A DNA stretch of 64,000 nt from an uncultured Gammaproteobacteria bacterium (GTDB lineage: Bacteria; Patescibacteriota; Patescibacteriia; 2-12-FULL-60-25): assembly GCA_964551765.1 (NCBI GenBank), contig CAZKEE010000001.1, forward strand, positions 33,458 to 97,457, read 5' to 3'. Under the pieces are notes generated by a model. That model searched no databases, was not told the origin of the DNA, and saw only the letters and a program-made list of their open reading frames with translations. The position numbers and the translations under genes are program-made. Below, in pieces: positions 20,983 to 31,093 of the stretch. Within the stretch, counting starts at the first letter, position 1. Every line of letters begins with the position of its first letter.

Positions 20983-22728
20983 CTAGAACTTCACGTATTT
21001 GTTGATCCATTGCAGGGCCTTGAACTTGAACTTGGTGATGAAGCCGCCGCCCACCAGGTCCACGTCGCCGTTCTTGAGGGCCGCGCGGATGTCGGCGCCT
21101 TTCATGAGGTTGTCGAAGACGTCATAGCTCTTCACATTGATGGTCACATAGGGGGACTCGATGGCGCCCAGGCCCACGTCGGTCGCCTGGAAACCCGTGA
21201 TGGTGGCATACAGGGTGTCCTCCTTGTGCTTGTCGTTCGCGGGGATGTGGAGGTTGACGCGCGAGTTCTGGAAGGAGCGGCTGGCATAGTCGATGAGCTC
21301 ATCACGCGCGGCGACCTTCTTTTCATCCTTCACCCCGAAGATGAAATGCCAAAAGATGGTCGCGAGGCCGGGTGCGCCGTCGCCGTTCTTGTCCTCCTCG
21401 TCCAGCATCTTGCGGCGCGAGGCGAGATCGGCCAGATGATGGTCGGCGAACTGTTTGGCCTGCTTCACCAGACCGTCGCGGAAGTCTTCCTCGTTTATCT
21501 CTTTGCGGATGCGGGTGAGGTTGCCTTGCACGATGCTGTCCGACGGGATGTCGCCATGCTCCGCGCCCGGCACGTAGATGTCCTCGTCCACGCCTTTCAG
21601 GTCCGATCCCTTGGCCGGCACGGTGCCATCGCCGGCCTTGGTCTCCACGCGCTCGAGCTTGAGCAGGGGCTTCGAGAGGCCCACGTCCACCAAGGTCGCA
21701 TCCAGCAATTGCAGGGTGTTCGTCTTGTCGCCGCGTATGAGCCAGTATTTGCCGTCATATTTCGTCGCCGTGTCGCCCAGCTCTTGATGGAAGGGGACCA
21801 CGGAACGCCGCAAGGCCGCGTTCGGCAATCCCGTGAGGGGCTGGCCTTGCTTGCCCCCGGCGATCCAATGCGAATACGCCTGCTCCGAGATGAAGCCGTC
21901 GCCGTACATCTCGTCCAGGCTCCAGACGCGGCCGGTCTTTTTGTCGCGCACGGCCGTCCAATCCGGCAAGAGCTGATAGCCCGCGGGCCAGTTCTGCATG
22001 ATCTCCCACATCTTGGCATCGGAGACCTTTTTGTTGCCGAAATTATACCCTTGCGTGTAGGCCCAAAAGACCTGCGGCGCGCCATGCTGCGGCGAACCGA
22101 GGAAGACGACGCCGCCGACCTTGGCCGCGCGTGCGGGGTCCTTCATGTAGAGGCGCACTTGGATGCCGCCCATGGAATGCCCCATCAAGATGACCTTGTC
22201 CGCGCCCGTCTCGGCCCGCACCGCGTCCACCTTCTTGTCGAGGTCCGCGGTCCATCGGTGATTGTCCATGCGCCAGTCATAGACGAAATCATAGAACACC
22301 TTGCCGTCCTCATGCGCCTTGTTGTACGCGAACCCCTGGCCTTCCATGTAGGTATAGAACCCGTTGTAGACCGAGGCGAAGGTGAGATCGGGGAAATAGC
22401 TCATCTCCCAGCCCGCGCCATACCGCATCACCTTGGTGGGCCACACGCCCGCGCCATGCGTCGGTTTTTGATCGGGGGTCAGGGCGAGCTCGCCGAAGGC
22501 ATCGTCATTGGGCCATAAGGTGCCCGGCCAATAATTGCCTCCCGCGCCGTCGAGCTCGGCGCCTGCCGCGCCATGGATGAAGATGATGGGATAGCTCCGC
22601 TTGTCTCTCACGGCATAATTGCCCTTCGCGTCCGAGCCATGCTTGGTCAGCGCGAGGGCGGGGAGGGGAAGGAACTGGGCAATCACAGCGACGAGCGTGA
22701 GCGCGGCCGCGGTTTTGAGATGGCGCAT
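20983..22728 (-). CDS. Secreted alpha/beta-hydrolase lipase-like protein (LCAT / PGAP1-like)
   Basis: Signal peptide then IIFIHGAAG...GHSMGG nucleophile elbow. Start set at MRHLKT. Confidence 0.6.
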   Translation of the reverse strand: MRHLKTAAALTLVAVIAQFLPLPALALTKHGSDAKGNYAVRDKRSYPIIFIHGAAGAELDGAGGNYWPGTLWPNDDAFGELALTPDQKPTHGAGVWPTKVMRYGAGWEMSYFPDLTFASVYNGFYTYMEGQGFAYNKAHEDGKVFYDFVYDWRMDNHRWTADLDKKVDAVRAETGADKVILMGHSMGGIQVRLYMKDPARAAKVGGVVFLGSPQHGAPQVFWAYTQGYNFGNKKVSDAKMWEIMQNWPAGYQLLPDWTAVRDKKTGRVWSLDEMYGDGFISEQAYSHWIAGGKQGQPLTGLPNAALRRSVVPFHQELGDTATKYDGKYWLIRGDKTNTLQLLDATLVDVGLSKPLLKLERVETKAGDGTVPAKGSDLKGVDEDIYVPGAEHGDIPSDSIVQGNLTRIRKEINEEDFRDGLVKQAKQFADHHLADLASRRKMLDEEDKNGDGAPGLATIFWHFIFGVKDEKKVAARDELIDYASRSFQNSRVNLHIPANDKHKEDTLYATITGFQATDVGLGAIESPYVTINVKSYDVFDNLMKGADIRAALKNGDVDLVGGGFITKFKFKALQWINKYVKF

Positions 22729-22786
22729 ATGGAACGAGTATATCAAAAAACCTCGCCACGCAGGCCCCGTGATATACTTCAGACGT

Positions 22787-23788
22787 ATGCACATCGTCTC
22801 CTGGTTCAAAAAGCACAAGGTCCTCAAATATACGGCCATCGGGCTCGCGGCCCTGGTCGCCCTGGGCATCGCCGCGGATCTCGCGGGGCCGTATCTCCCG
22901 CATGGACGAGATGATGGCGGAAGCTATGGGACGAATGTCCTCGGAGGGGCGGCCTCTCGCGGCATGGCCGTCGCGCCCTCGGGCGCACCCATCATGGAGG
23001 AGGGCATCATGCCCCGGCCTCCGCAGCTGCCGCCGGCGGGCAAGGATGCCGAGGCGTATGAGGTGACGGATTACAGCGCCACCATCGAGACGCGCGAGCT
23101 GGACAAGACCTGTGGCGATCTCCTCGCCCTCAAGGCCAAGGACTATGTCATCTTCGACGCGTCCAACCGCTATGAGCACGGCTGTTCGTATTCGTTCAAG
23201 GTGACGCATGAACATGAGGCAGAGATCTTGGCCGCCATCAAGGCGATGGACCCGCGCACCCTGTCGGAGAACACCCAGACCATCAAAGGCCAATTGGACG
23301 ACTATGCGAACCAGGTCGAGATACTCCAAAAGAAGAAAGCGAGCATCGAAGAGACCCTGTCCGATGCCTTGAAATCCTATGACCAGATCACGGCCTTAGC
23401 CACCAAGGCGCGTGATGCCGAGAGCTTGGCCACCATCATCGACAGCAAGGTGCGTCTCATCGAGCGTTTGAGCCAGAGCCGCGTCGACATCAATGCCGAA
23501 CTCGATCAATTGGCCAAGGCCAAGGCGGACCAGATGGACCGCCTCAACTACACGTTTTTCAACGTGACCGTGAGCGACGTGCGGTATCTCGACCTCAAAG
23601 AGCTGCAGGATTCCTGGCGCAGCGCGATACGCGATGCCGTGGACAGCGCGAACCAGGTGCTGCAGGGTCTCACGGTACAATTACTGACCTTCGTTCTCGT
23701 GGTCGCCCAATTCCTGCTTTATATCGTCCTCCTGACCTTCGCCGCCAAATACGGGTGGCGCGCGGTCAAGCGCATTTGGAAAAAGTGA
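22787..23788 (+). CDS. DUF4349-like membrane protein (N-terminal TM, coiled-coil, C-terminal TM)
   Basis: Architecture and Ala/Gln-rich coiled coil. The tool's upstream start would overlap the divergent lipase gene. Confidence 0.5.
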   Translation: MHIVSWFKKHKVLKYTAIGLAALVALGIAADLAGPYLPHGRDDGGSYGTNVLGGAASRGMAVAPSGAPIMEEGIMPRPPQLPPAGKDAEAYEVTDYSATIETRELDKTCGDLLALKAKDYVIFDASNRYEHGCSYSFKVTHEHEAEILAAIKAMDPRTLSENTQTIKGQLDDYANQVEILQKKKASIEETLSDALKSYDQITALATKARDAESLATIIDSKVRLIERLSQSRVDINAELDQLAKAKADQMDRLNYTFFNVTVSDVRYLDLKELQDSWRSAIRDAVDSANQVLQGLTVQLLTFVLVVAQFLLYIVLLTFAAKYGWRAVKRIWKK

Positions 23789-23791
23789 TCT

Positions 23792-24730
23792 ATGAAAAGA
23801 CAAGAGACGCATCATCTCTCCCTGACCTTCTTCGCGGGAGCCGCCACCGGGGTCTTCGCCCTCTTGGTCGGCGTCTACCTCGCCTCGCCGGGCGAAGAGC
23901 GCGCGCAGGCCATGTATATCGGCGCACCGAGCCCGGTCTCAAGCGGTTCGGACGCAACGACGGCCGCACCGACGCCGACACCCGCCGCGCAGGTCTCGCC
24001 GCCGACCCTGTCGAACACCGTGCCGGGCAGGGCGGATACGACGCCGACCGAGGTCAAACCGAACGTGGGCGAAAGCGGCCCGACCATGGTCTCTTCGACG
24101 CCGGAACCGGTCGTGGTCATCATCTCCCCCGCGAACGGGGCCTCATTGAGCGGCACGGTCAGCGTCTTGGTGCGCGGGTATGCCGGATATCAGATGCGCT
24201 CAGGCAAGAAATGGGCCACGCCTTTCGATTATGCGTCATTCTCCATCGATGGCACGGGCATAGGCGCCAATCGCTCGGGCTCCATGTATCCCTGTTCCGA
24301 GAACGGCGCGAACACCAACAATTACAATGACGTGTCCTGGTGGTGCACGAGCAAATCCATCAATACCGCGGACCTGGGCAATGGCAGCCATACCTTCACC
24401 GTCATCGCGGGGGAGGGGGGCAATGATGCCAGGGCGTCGGTCTCGGTCACGACGAGCAATACGCCGCCGGCGCAGACCAACACCCCGCCGACCCAGCAAA
24501 CGGGATCTTCCGTGGGCACCTTGAACGTCCTGTCCGAAGGCTATCTCTACATCGCCGGTCCCAAGAACGGCTATCTGGGACAGAACAAGCGCGTCATCAA
24601 CTTGTATGCGGGCACCTACACCGTCTATGCCCGCGCGCCGAGCGACGGCCACATCTGCTGGTCGCGTCGGACCGTCATTTCCGCGGGCAAGACGACCCTC
24701 ATGCGGATAAGCGGCATCTATTGCCGCTAG
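23792..24730 (+). CDS. Secreted Pro/Thr-rich protein with an Ig-like/beta-sandwich C-terminal region
   Basis: Signal/TM then PT-rich linker. Starts 4 nt after the preceding gene. Confidence 0.45.
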   Translation: MKRQETHHLSLTFFAGAATGVFALLVGVYLASPGEERAQAMYIGAPSPVSSGSDATTAAPTPTPAAQVSPPTLSNTVPGRADTTPTEVKPNVGESGPTMVSSTPEPVVVIISPANGASLSGTVSVLVRGYAGYQMRSGKKWATPFDYASFSIDGTGIGANRSGSMYPCSENGANTNNYNDVSWWCTSKSINTADLGNGSHTFTVIAGEGGNDARASVSVTTSNTPPAQTNTPPTQQTGSSVGTLNVLSEGYLYIAGPKNGYLGQNKRVINLYAGTYTVYARAPSDGHICWSRRTVISAGKTTLMRISGIYCR

Positions 24731-24733
24731 GCG

Positions 24734-25768
24734 ATGCCCATGGACAAGCTCCGACCCGTCCTCATCTTCGGAGGCCTTCTCGCGGCGGTGCTCGGGCTCG
24801 CGAACGCGTCCGTTCACGCCCAATACGAGGAGGGCGGCTATGACGTGCCGACCCAGCTCGAACGGATACCGGACGTGGGACAGCCGCAGGATGTGCAAGA
24901 TGTCGCGCCGTCCAATGGGGGAAATGACACGCCCTCGTATATCGGGCCGAGCCAGGGCACGGATAATTTCATCCAATACACGGGTCCGACCGATGCCTGG
25001 GGGGACCTGCAACCGCTCACGGACATCCCGCATTATTCGGACATGGGAGGCGATGGCGTGCTGAAAGATGACGTCGCCCAGGACCAATTGCAGTTCCCGA
25101 CGCAGGAACAGCATCCCGTGCTCGACGACATCAAAGAGGCCATGCTACGCGACATGCTCATGGTCAAAAAGAACCAACGCGTCACGCCTGACGATCCGCT
25201 TCTGCATGTCGACCAGGGAAAGACCGGACCGAAGAACGCCACCAAGGACCTGGAACTTTCGCCGGCGGCCAAGGTCTGCAATACGGACGGCAACATCAAA
25301 TGTTCAGATGCGGAAGCGAAGAGGTTTTTGGACAAGAAAGGGGTCGACTACAAGAAGAACGCCTGTTCGGACAAGATCAAGACGCTTTGCACCTCTTTCG
25401 GAGGCATGCAACCGAGCACCCTGGAGCAGATGGGGCGCCTGAAAGGCGCATGTAACTGTACCCTCGTCATCACGGGCGGGACCGAATACGGACATACGGA
25501 AAATGGGAGCGATCTCTCGCACGCGAACGGGTATAAATACGATGCGAAGAAGAACACGGGCCTCAACAGGTTCATCGTCGATCGCTGCTCGGAGAAGAAC
25601 CATTGCGACGAAGGGGAACGCGTAGAGAAGAACGGCAATATTTCACCGACATACACCTATACGATCAATGGACGGACCGTGATCTACGTGGACGAAAAGA
25701 TCGGCGCGCCGCACTGGGACATCACGGTGGCCCCCCTCGAACCTACGGACCCGACGGCCAAGAAATGA
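24734..25768 (+). CDS. Secreted hypothetical protein
   Basis: Signal peptide. Starts 4 nt after the previous gene. No recognisable motif. Confidence 0.45.
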   Translation: MPMDKLRPVLIFGGLLAAVLGLANASVHAQYEEGGYDVPTQLERIPDVGQPQDVQDVAPSNGGNDTPSYIGPSQGTDNFIQYTGPTDAWGDLQPLTDIPHYSDMGGDGVLKDDVAQDQLQFPTQEQHPVLDDIKEAMLRDMLMVKKNQRVTPDDPLLHVDQGKTGPKNATKDLELSPAAKVCNTDGNIKCSDAEAKRFLDKKGVDYKKNACSDKIKTLCTSFGGMQPSTLEQMGRLKGACNCTLVITGGTEYGHTENGSDLSHANGYKYDAKKNTGLNRFIVDRCSEKNHCDEGERVEKNGNISPTYTYTINGRTVIYVDEKIGAPHWDITVAPLEPTDPTAKK

Positions 25769-26187
25769 CCCGTCGGGGTCCTTGGCTTGACAAAGCGCAA
25801 AAATTCGCGTATGCTTCGCGTCCTATGTATACATCACCCCGTGGGAAGCGCTCCTTCGAGCGCAAGGGCGCCAAGCCCTTTGGGAAGCCTTCTTTCGGGA
25901 AGCCTTCCTTCGGTAAACCGTTCGGCAAGCCCGAGCTGCATGCGGCCACCTGCGCCGACTGCGGCGTCTCGACCATGGTGCCCTTCAAGCCTAATGGCAA
26001 GAAGCCGGTGCTCTGCCGCGACTGTTTCGGCAAAGGCGATGCCGGTCCGAAGCGCTTCGACGACCGTCCGCGCCAGGACTTTGACCGCCCCCGCCCGTCC
26101 TATGGACGCCCGGGCGTGGACCTCGAGTCGCAATTGCGCGAGATCAACGCCAAATTGGCCGCCATCATGGAGGCCTTGGACGTCTAA
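25765..26187 (+). CDS. Zinc-ribbon protein with tandem FGKP repeats
   Basis: KPFGKPSFGKPSFGKPFGKP repeats followed by CADCG-x17-CRDCF. ATGA overlap with the upstream gene. Confidence 0.5.
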   Translation: MTRRGPWLDKAQKFAYASRPMYTSPRGKRSFERKGAKPFGKPSFGKPSFGKPFGKPELHAATCADCGVSTMVPFKPNGKKPVLCRDCFGKGDAGPKRFDDRPRQDFDRPRPSYGRPGVDLESQLREINAKLAAIMEALDV

Positions 26188-26201
26188 AGACCGACCCTGC
26201 C

Positions 26202-27653
26202 ATGGCTGATCACGGCAACGTCATCATCCGTTTCAGCGACGTCACCTTCGGGTATGACGAAGAGAGGCCCTTGCTCGAAGAGGCCTCTTTTTCGGTCCGC
26301 GAGGACGCCAAGATCACCCTCATGGGGCAGAACGGCGCGGGCAAGAGCTCCATCTTCAAACTGATGCTCGGGGCGCTTAAGCCTAAGGAGGGGACCATCA
26401 GCATCACGCAAGGCAAGACCGACCTCGCCAAGCAGGTCATGGCGCGCGAGCATCTGGACGAGACGGTGCGCGCGTATTTTTCCCATGCCTTTGCCGAGAC
26501 GCCTCGCAATCTCGACCTGCGCATCACGAACGTGCTCGAGACGGTCAATTTGAAGACCACGCTCGAACGCACGGTCAAGGACCATTCCGGAGGCCAACAG
26601 GCGCGCCTGCTCCTCGCCTTCGCCCTCATCCAAGAGCCGGACATCCTCCTCCTTGACGAGCCGACGAACAATCTCGACCAAGAGGGGATAGACCATCTTA
26701 CGGCCTTCCTCGTGATGTATCCCAAGACCGTGCTCGTCATCTCGCATGACGCGGATTTCTTGAACGCCTTCACCGAGGGCGTGCTCTATCTCGACGTGTT
26801 CACGCATAAGATGGAGCAATACGTGGGCAACTATTCCGACGTGCTCGAACAGATCTCCGCGCGCCTCGAGCGCGAACGTATGCAGAACGCGCGCCTGCTC
26901 AAGGACATCCAGGACCGCAAGGACAAGGTCAATTTCTTCTCGAACAAGGGAGGCAAGATGCGCAAATTGGCGTCCAAGCTGCGCGACCAGATCGAAGAGG
27001 CGGAAGAGGACATGGTCGACGTGCGGCGCGAGGACAAGACCATACGAGACTTCGTCATTCCCGCGCAGGAGTACACGGACGCCCTCATCAAGCTCACGAG
27101 CATCAATATCGTCCGCGACGGCGAGGCGACGCGCAAAGAGGTGGACATCAGCATACGCAAGGGCCGCAAGCTCCTCATCTCGGGACCGAACGGCATCGGC
27201 AAGACCACCCTTCTCAAGACCATTGCGGAGGCGTCGGACCAAGGCGTGACCATCGGCGAAGGCGTCAAGATCGGCTATTATCGCCAGGATTTCTCGGGCC
27301 TCGACTTCGACAAAACGGCCTATCAGGCGCTCGAAGAGATGATGGAGATGCCGGACAATGAACGCCTGCGCGCCGTGGCCTCGGAGTTTTTGCTCACCTC
27401 GCCGCTCCTGAAGAACAAGGTCGGATCGCTTTCGGAAGGCCAAAAAGGCCTCCTGTGTTTCGCGCGTTTCGTCCTGCAAAAGCCCGGCCTGCTCATCATG
27501 GACGAACCGACCAATCACATAAACTTCCGTCATCTGCCCGTCATCGCCAAAGCCCTCGATGCGTATAAGGGAGGGCTCATCCTGGTGAGCCATGCGCCGG
27601 ATTTCGTGTCCCAGATCGCCATCGACGAGTATCTCGACCTGGGGCAGTTGTAA
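26202..27653 (+). CDS. ABC-F family ATPase (tandem ABC domains, no TMD; EttA/Uup-like)
   Basis: Two Walker A motifs (GQNGAGKSS, GPNGIGKTT) and two ABC signatures. Inter-domain linker present. Confidence 0.85.
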   Translation: MADHGNVIIRFSDVTFGYDEERPLLEEASFSVREDAKITLMGQNGAGKSSIFKLMLGALKPKEGTISITQGKTDLAKQVMAREHLDETVRAYFSHAFAETPRNLDLRITNVLETVNLKTTLERTVKDHSGGQQARLLLAFALIQEPDILLLDEPTNNLDQEGIDHLTAFLVMYPKTVLVISHDADFLNAFTEGVLYLDVFTHKMEQYVGNYSDVLEQISARLERERMQNARLLKDIQDRKDKVNFFSNKGGKMRKLASKLRDQIEEAEEDMVDVRREDKTIRDFVIPAQEYTDALIKLTSINIVRDGEATRKEVDISIRKGRKLLISGPNGIGKTTLLKTIAEASDQGVTIGEGVKIGYYRQDFSGLDFDKTAYQALEEMMEMPDNERLRAVASEFLLTSPLLKNKVGSLSEGQKGLLCFARFVLQKPGLLIMDEPTNHINFRHLPVIAKALDAYKGGLILVSHAPDFVSQIAIDEYLDLGQL

Positions 27654-27684
27654 GCAAAGGCACGGCTTGTCACACTGGAGCCCT

Positions 27685-28080
27685 ATGGAAACGCCCAAGC
27701 TCCCGCGCATGCGCGCCGTCGAACAAGGCCCGCAAGAGGTGCCGCAGATCGTGGAAGAGACGGGCGTGAGCGCGGACTATTCGAACGAGTTCAATTGGGC
27801 TTTCATGAGCGACGAGGAATATTTCGCCGAAGATGCGAAGGACAAGGCGAAGGCGCGTGGAAAACTCCTGCCACGGTACGAAGAACGCTTTCCGACCGAC
27901 GAATATCCGGGAGCCACCACGGACAAGAACCGCAAGGCCGTCGCGGCCATCAATGCCATCGCCGACGAGGTGAACGCCGCCCACGCGGCAGGCACCCTGA
28001 CCCATGCCTCGTTCCGCGAGGCGACCACGCGGCTCGCCAAGGTCCTCTACGGCGCGAGCCTTCCCGCCGGATACGGATAA
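27685..28080 (+). CDS. Hypothetical acidic protein
   Basis: ORF only. Start set at METPKL. Confidence 0.35.
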   Translation: METPKLPRMRAVEQGPQEVPQIVEETGVSADYSNEFNWAFMSDEEYFAEDAKDKAKARGKLLPRYEERFPTDEYPGATTDKNRKAVAAINAIADEVNAAHAAGTLTHASFREATTRLAKVLYGASLPAGYG

Positions 28081-28109
28081 AAAAAGACCTCCTGACGGAG
28101 ATCGGAAGA

Positions 28110-28712
28110 CTAGTTCTTGTGCTTGAGGCCCATGTGCAGGATGCCGATGGGCGCGCGGAGCTTGAGATAGACGGCCGGTGCGAACCCGATGCCGTCCTTG
28201 TTGTACTCACGCCCCTGGACCTCGACGCCGAGCAGGCTATAGCCTGCGGCGGCCATGAAGCCGGGATGCGGATGCGTGTCCAAGAGCCCGCCGACCTGGC
28301 CCCAAAATCCTGACTCGAGATGGACGAGGTCTGCCTGCAGGCCGAAGGTGGCGAGCTGCAGGTCGGAGATCTCATACGTGGGACCGAGGCCGATGAAGAA
28401 CGAATCGTGCTGATGCAGCACGCCGGCGCGGATGCGCCCGAAACCCGTCCATCGGTTCTTCGACCCGTCCGGAAAGAGCCTGCCCGCGGCGCCTTCGATA
28501 TTGAGGTCCCAGTCCCAATACCGTTCATGCGGGACGATGTCGCCGCGCAACACGGCCAAGGGCGGTGTCATCGGGCCTGGCTGGGCCTTGGGCGGCGGAG
28601 GGGTCGGTGCATCCTGCGGGACGGGCGTGGGGTCGGCGGATGCCGGAGCCTCCACGGCGAACAGGAGCGTGGACATGATCAATATCCCGGAACCAACGTA
28701 TACGGCTTTCAT
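28110..28712 (-). CDS. Secreted hypothetical protein (signal peptide, Pro-rich linker)
   Basis: MKAVYVGSGILIMSTLLFAVEAPASA signal peptide. Confidence 0.45.
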   Translation of the reverse strand: MKAVYVGSGILIMSTLLFAVEAPASADPTPVPQDAPTPPPPKAQPGPMTPPLAVLRGDIVPHERYWDWDLNIEGAAGRLFPDGSKNRWTGFGRIRAGVLHQHDSFFIGLGPTYEISDLQLATFGLQADLVHLESGFWGQVGGLLDTHPHPGFMAAAGYSLLGVEVQGREYNKDGIGFAPAVYLKLRAPIGILHMGLKHKN

Positions 28713-28787
28713 GGGTCCTCCTGGGAGGTGGGAAGGGACAAGGTCTTTTCGCATGCGACCGCGTTCGTGTCAATGAAAAACCCGCGT

Positions 28788-29339
28788 TCACGCGGCGACG
28801 GCCGACGCGGAAGGCGGGTAGAAATGATGGTCGAGGCGCGCGCCCCAGCGATGCTCCTCGCCGTAGGGATGTGGGGCGGCTTGACGCCAATGGTCGCGGG
28901 CAACGCGCATCAGGCCTCCGGTGGTCGTCTTGTCCTCGCGACAGGCGCCGATGAGGGAGAAACGCTTCTGCGAGACCTTGTCGGCGAAACGCGGGACCGC
29001 GCCCATGGCATGGCAGGTGTCATTGAGCAGGAGGATGGGTCGTCTCGCCTTCTCGAACATCCAGGCAAGCTGGCCGTATCCATAGGTCCGGACATCGTCC
29101 AGACCCCAGCCGACCTCGTTGCCATGGCCGCAATAGGCGATGAGCAGGGCTTCCTTGGTGCGCTGGAGCACGGCCTGCTCGATCACATGTTCCATCCTGG
29201 TGTCGTCGAGATAGGCGGTGCGCAGCCATTTGATGTTCTTGGGGCCTATTTTGGCCACGCGCACGAGATAGTCGTTCAGGTCACGGATATCGTCTTGGAA
29301 ACGTTGGGCGTTCCCGGCGATGAGGATGGCTCGAGGCAT
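28788..29339 (-). CDS. Mini caspase-like (clan CD) cysteine peptidase domain protein
   Basis: 184 aa. beta-strand-His-Gly (LLIAYCGHGN) then beta-strand-Cys (ILLLNDTCHA) about 37 aa apart, as in caspase / legumain / gingipain dyads. The long tool ORF 28788..31001 is an artefact. Confidence 0.45.
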   Translation of the reverse strand: MPRAILIAGNAQRFQDDIRDLNDYLVRVAKIGPKNIKWLRTAYLDDTRMEHVIEQAVLQRTKEALLIAYCGHGNEVGWGLDDVRTYGYGQLAWMFEKARRPILLLNDTCHAMGAVPRFADKVSQKRFSLIGACREDKTTTGGLMRVARDHWRQAAPHPYGEEHRWGARLDHHFYPPSASAVAA

Positions 29340-29363
29340 CTGGCAAACCTCCGGTGAAGGAAC

Positions 29364-30989
29364 GTGGCCCAGCCTAGCATAATCCGGCGCCTCGGTATAG
29401 GCTGGGAGCGGAGGTGCTCCGTGACGTACCTTAAAATCAGCAATAGGGGGTCGCTCCATCGCAAAAAGCTCGAGCTCATCGGGTTTACCAGCAAACGAGA
29501 CGCGGGCCCCGAGACCATCGGCCACAAAGGCTCGGGGACCAAGCTCGCGGCCGTCGCCTCTTTGCGCCTCGGCCTGAACGCCGTGGTCGCGTCCACCGAC
29601 AGCCTGGGCCAATACCTGCTGCGCTACGAGACGCAAGAGATCGACGTCGACGGCATGAAGGCCGAGCAGGTCTATTTCCACTACCAGGCGACCTCGACCC
29701 AGCGCGGGTCGGTGCGCAATCCGACCAACATGGTCATCGAGGCCTTCCAGGACTGGGACAAGACCATCGGCAAGGACGACAAGCGATCGTTCAAGGTGCT
29801 GCGCGAGTTCATCTGCAATGCCCTCGACGAAGACCGTTCGTTCACGCTTGCCTTGGTCGAACAGGCGCCGGCCGTCCCCGAGGGAGAGACCGCGGTGTAC
29901 ATCACGTACATCACGGAGATCCGTCAGGTGTTCGCCGAGATCGCGCGCTATTTCAAGTTCTTCAAAGGCGTGCCCGCGCCGCTCTTCTCCGTCGACGGGC
30001 TCGGGGACATCTATCCCAAGTCCGAGGACGGGAAAACGCGCCTCTTCGTCCAAGGCGTGCTCGTCGACTGCGATGACAACTTTTGGCGGGACACCTTGTA
30101 TGATTACTCGCTCCGCGAGAAGACCCTGGTGTCCGAAGAGCGCATCATCAAGAGCTCGACCGACTATGAAACGCATGTCGGACGTCTCCTGGGACAGCTC
30201 ACGGACCGGGACATGGCCAAGAACATCCTCGAGGCCATCGCGCGGAACACGGCGCATTTCGAGGAAAGCGCCCTCGGCCGCGTCGAGGTCGTCACGCCGC
30301 CCTCGGCCAAGGTCTGGCTCTCCGTCTTGCACGAGATGCACGGCAAAGAGCTTGCCGTCGCCTCGGGCAATGTCGACAAGGACAAGGACTGCGAGCAGAT
30401 CTTCGGCAAGACGCCCATCGGCGCGGCGAGCGAGTCGCTCCAGCATTTCTTTTCCCGGCTGGGCATCCCGCTGGCAAAGGACATCGTCCCCTCCAAGGAG
30501 ACGATGAAATACGAGGTCATCGGCTTCGACGACTTCGAAGAGCCGGACCGGCGGCGCTTTCTCGGCGCCTTCCGCAAACTGGCCGCGCGACACCCTGACC
30601 GGGCCTTCTACCCGATCGAGTTCCGCTATCCGCTCGACGAGAACCTGCGGAAGTACGCGGGCCTCGCCGACATCGGCGGCGCCCAGGATGGGAAATGCAG
30701 CCTCATGACCACGTCGAGGACCACCCTCGACGAGGACGAGGAGGAGATCTATCTCACCCTCTTGCATGAGACGCGCCATCTCAAGACGGGGGCCCCCGAT
30801 TACAACCGCAACTTCATCGAAGCCGCGGACCGGGACGCCTCGCGCGCGGACTATGGGCCTCCGCCCGTCCCGAACGGCATCTGGCCCAACTTCGTCCTTC
30901 CGGCGAAGAAGCATCTTGAGATCTTGGAAGAGCTCACGCTCGACCTGACGGATCTCGAGTTCCACCCCGATCCCCCGAAAGGGGCCTGA
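29364..30989 (+). CDS. Large hypothetical protein (541 aa), possible nucleotide-binding N-terminus (IGHKGSGTKLAA)
   Basis: Divergent from the caspase-like gene. No confident family match by eye. Confidence 0.5.
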   Translation: MAQPSIIRRLGIGWERRCSVTYLKISNRGSLHRKKLELIGFTSKRDAGPETIGHKGSGTKLAAVASLRLGLNAVVASTDSLGQYLLRYETQEIDVDGMKAEQVYFHYQATSTQRGSVRNPTNMVIEAFQDWDKTIGKDDKRSFKVLREFICNALDEDRSFTLALVEQAPAVPEGETAVYITYITEIRQVFAEIARYFKFFKGVPAPLFSVDGLGDIYPKSEDGKTRLFVQGVLVDCDDNFWRDTLYDYSLREKTLVSEERIIKSSTDYETHVGRLLGQLTDRDMAKNILEAIARNTAHFEESALGRVEVVTPPSAKVWLSVLHEMHGKELAVASGNVDKDKDCEQIFGKTPIGAASESLQHFFSRLGIPLAKDIVPSKETMKYEVIGFDDFEEPDRRRFLGAFRKLAARHPDRAFYPIEFRYPLDENLRKYAGLADIGGAQDGKCSLMTTSRTTLDEDEEEIYLTLLHETRHLKTGAPDYNRNFIEAADRDASRADYGPPPVPNGIWPNFVLPAKKHLEILEELTLDLTDLEFHPDPPKGA

Positions 30990-31093
30990 CATCGTCCGCA
31001 TCCGCGGACGATTTTTCTTCTCCGCGACGATTGACGCGCGGGCCTGTTTTTGATATGACCGGAGCGGCTCATTACAGACAAGGAGGAGCCCTC

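Noticed and set aside
28788-31001. 737-aa minus-strand ORF
   Set aside because: Only the 3' 184 codons (to Met 29339) form a plausible gene (caspase-like); the rest is antisense to the 541-aa plus-strand gene.
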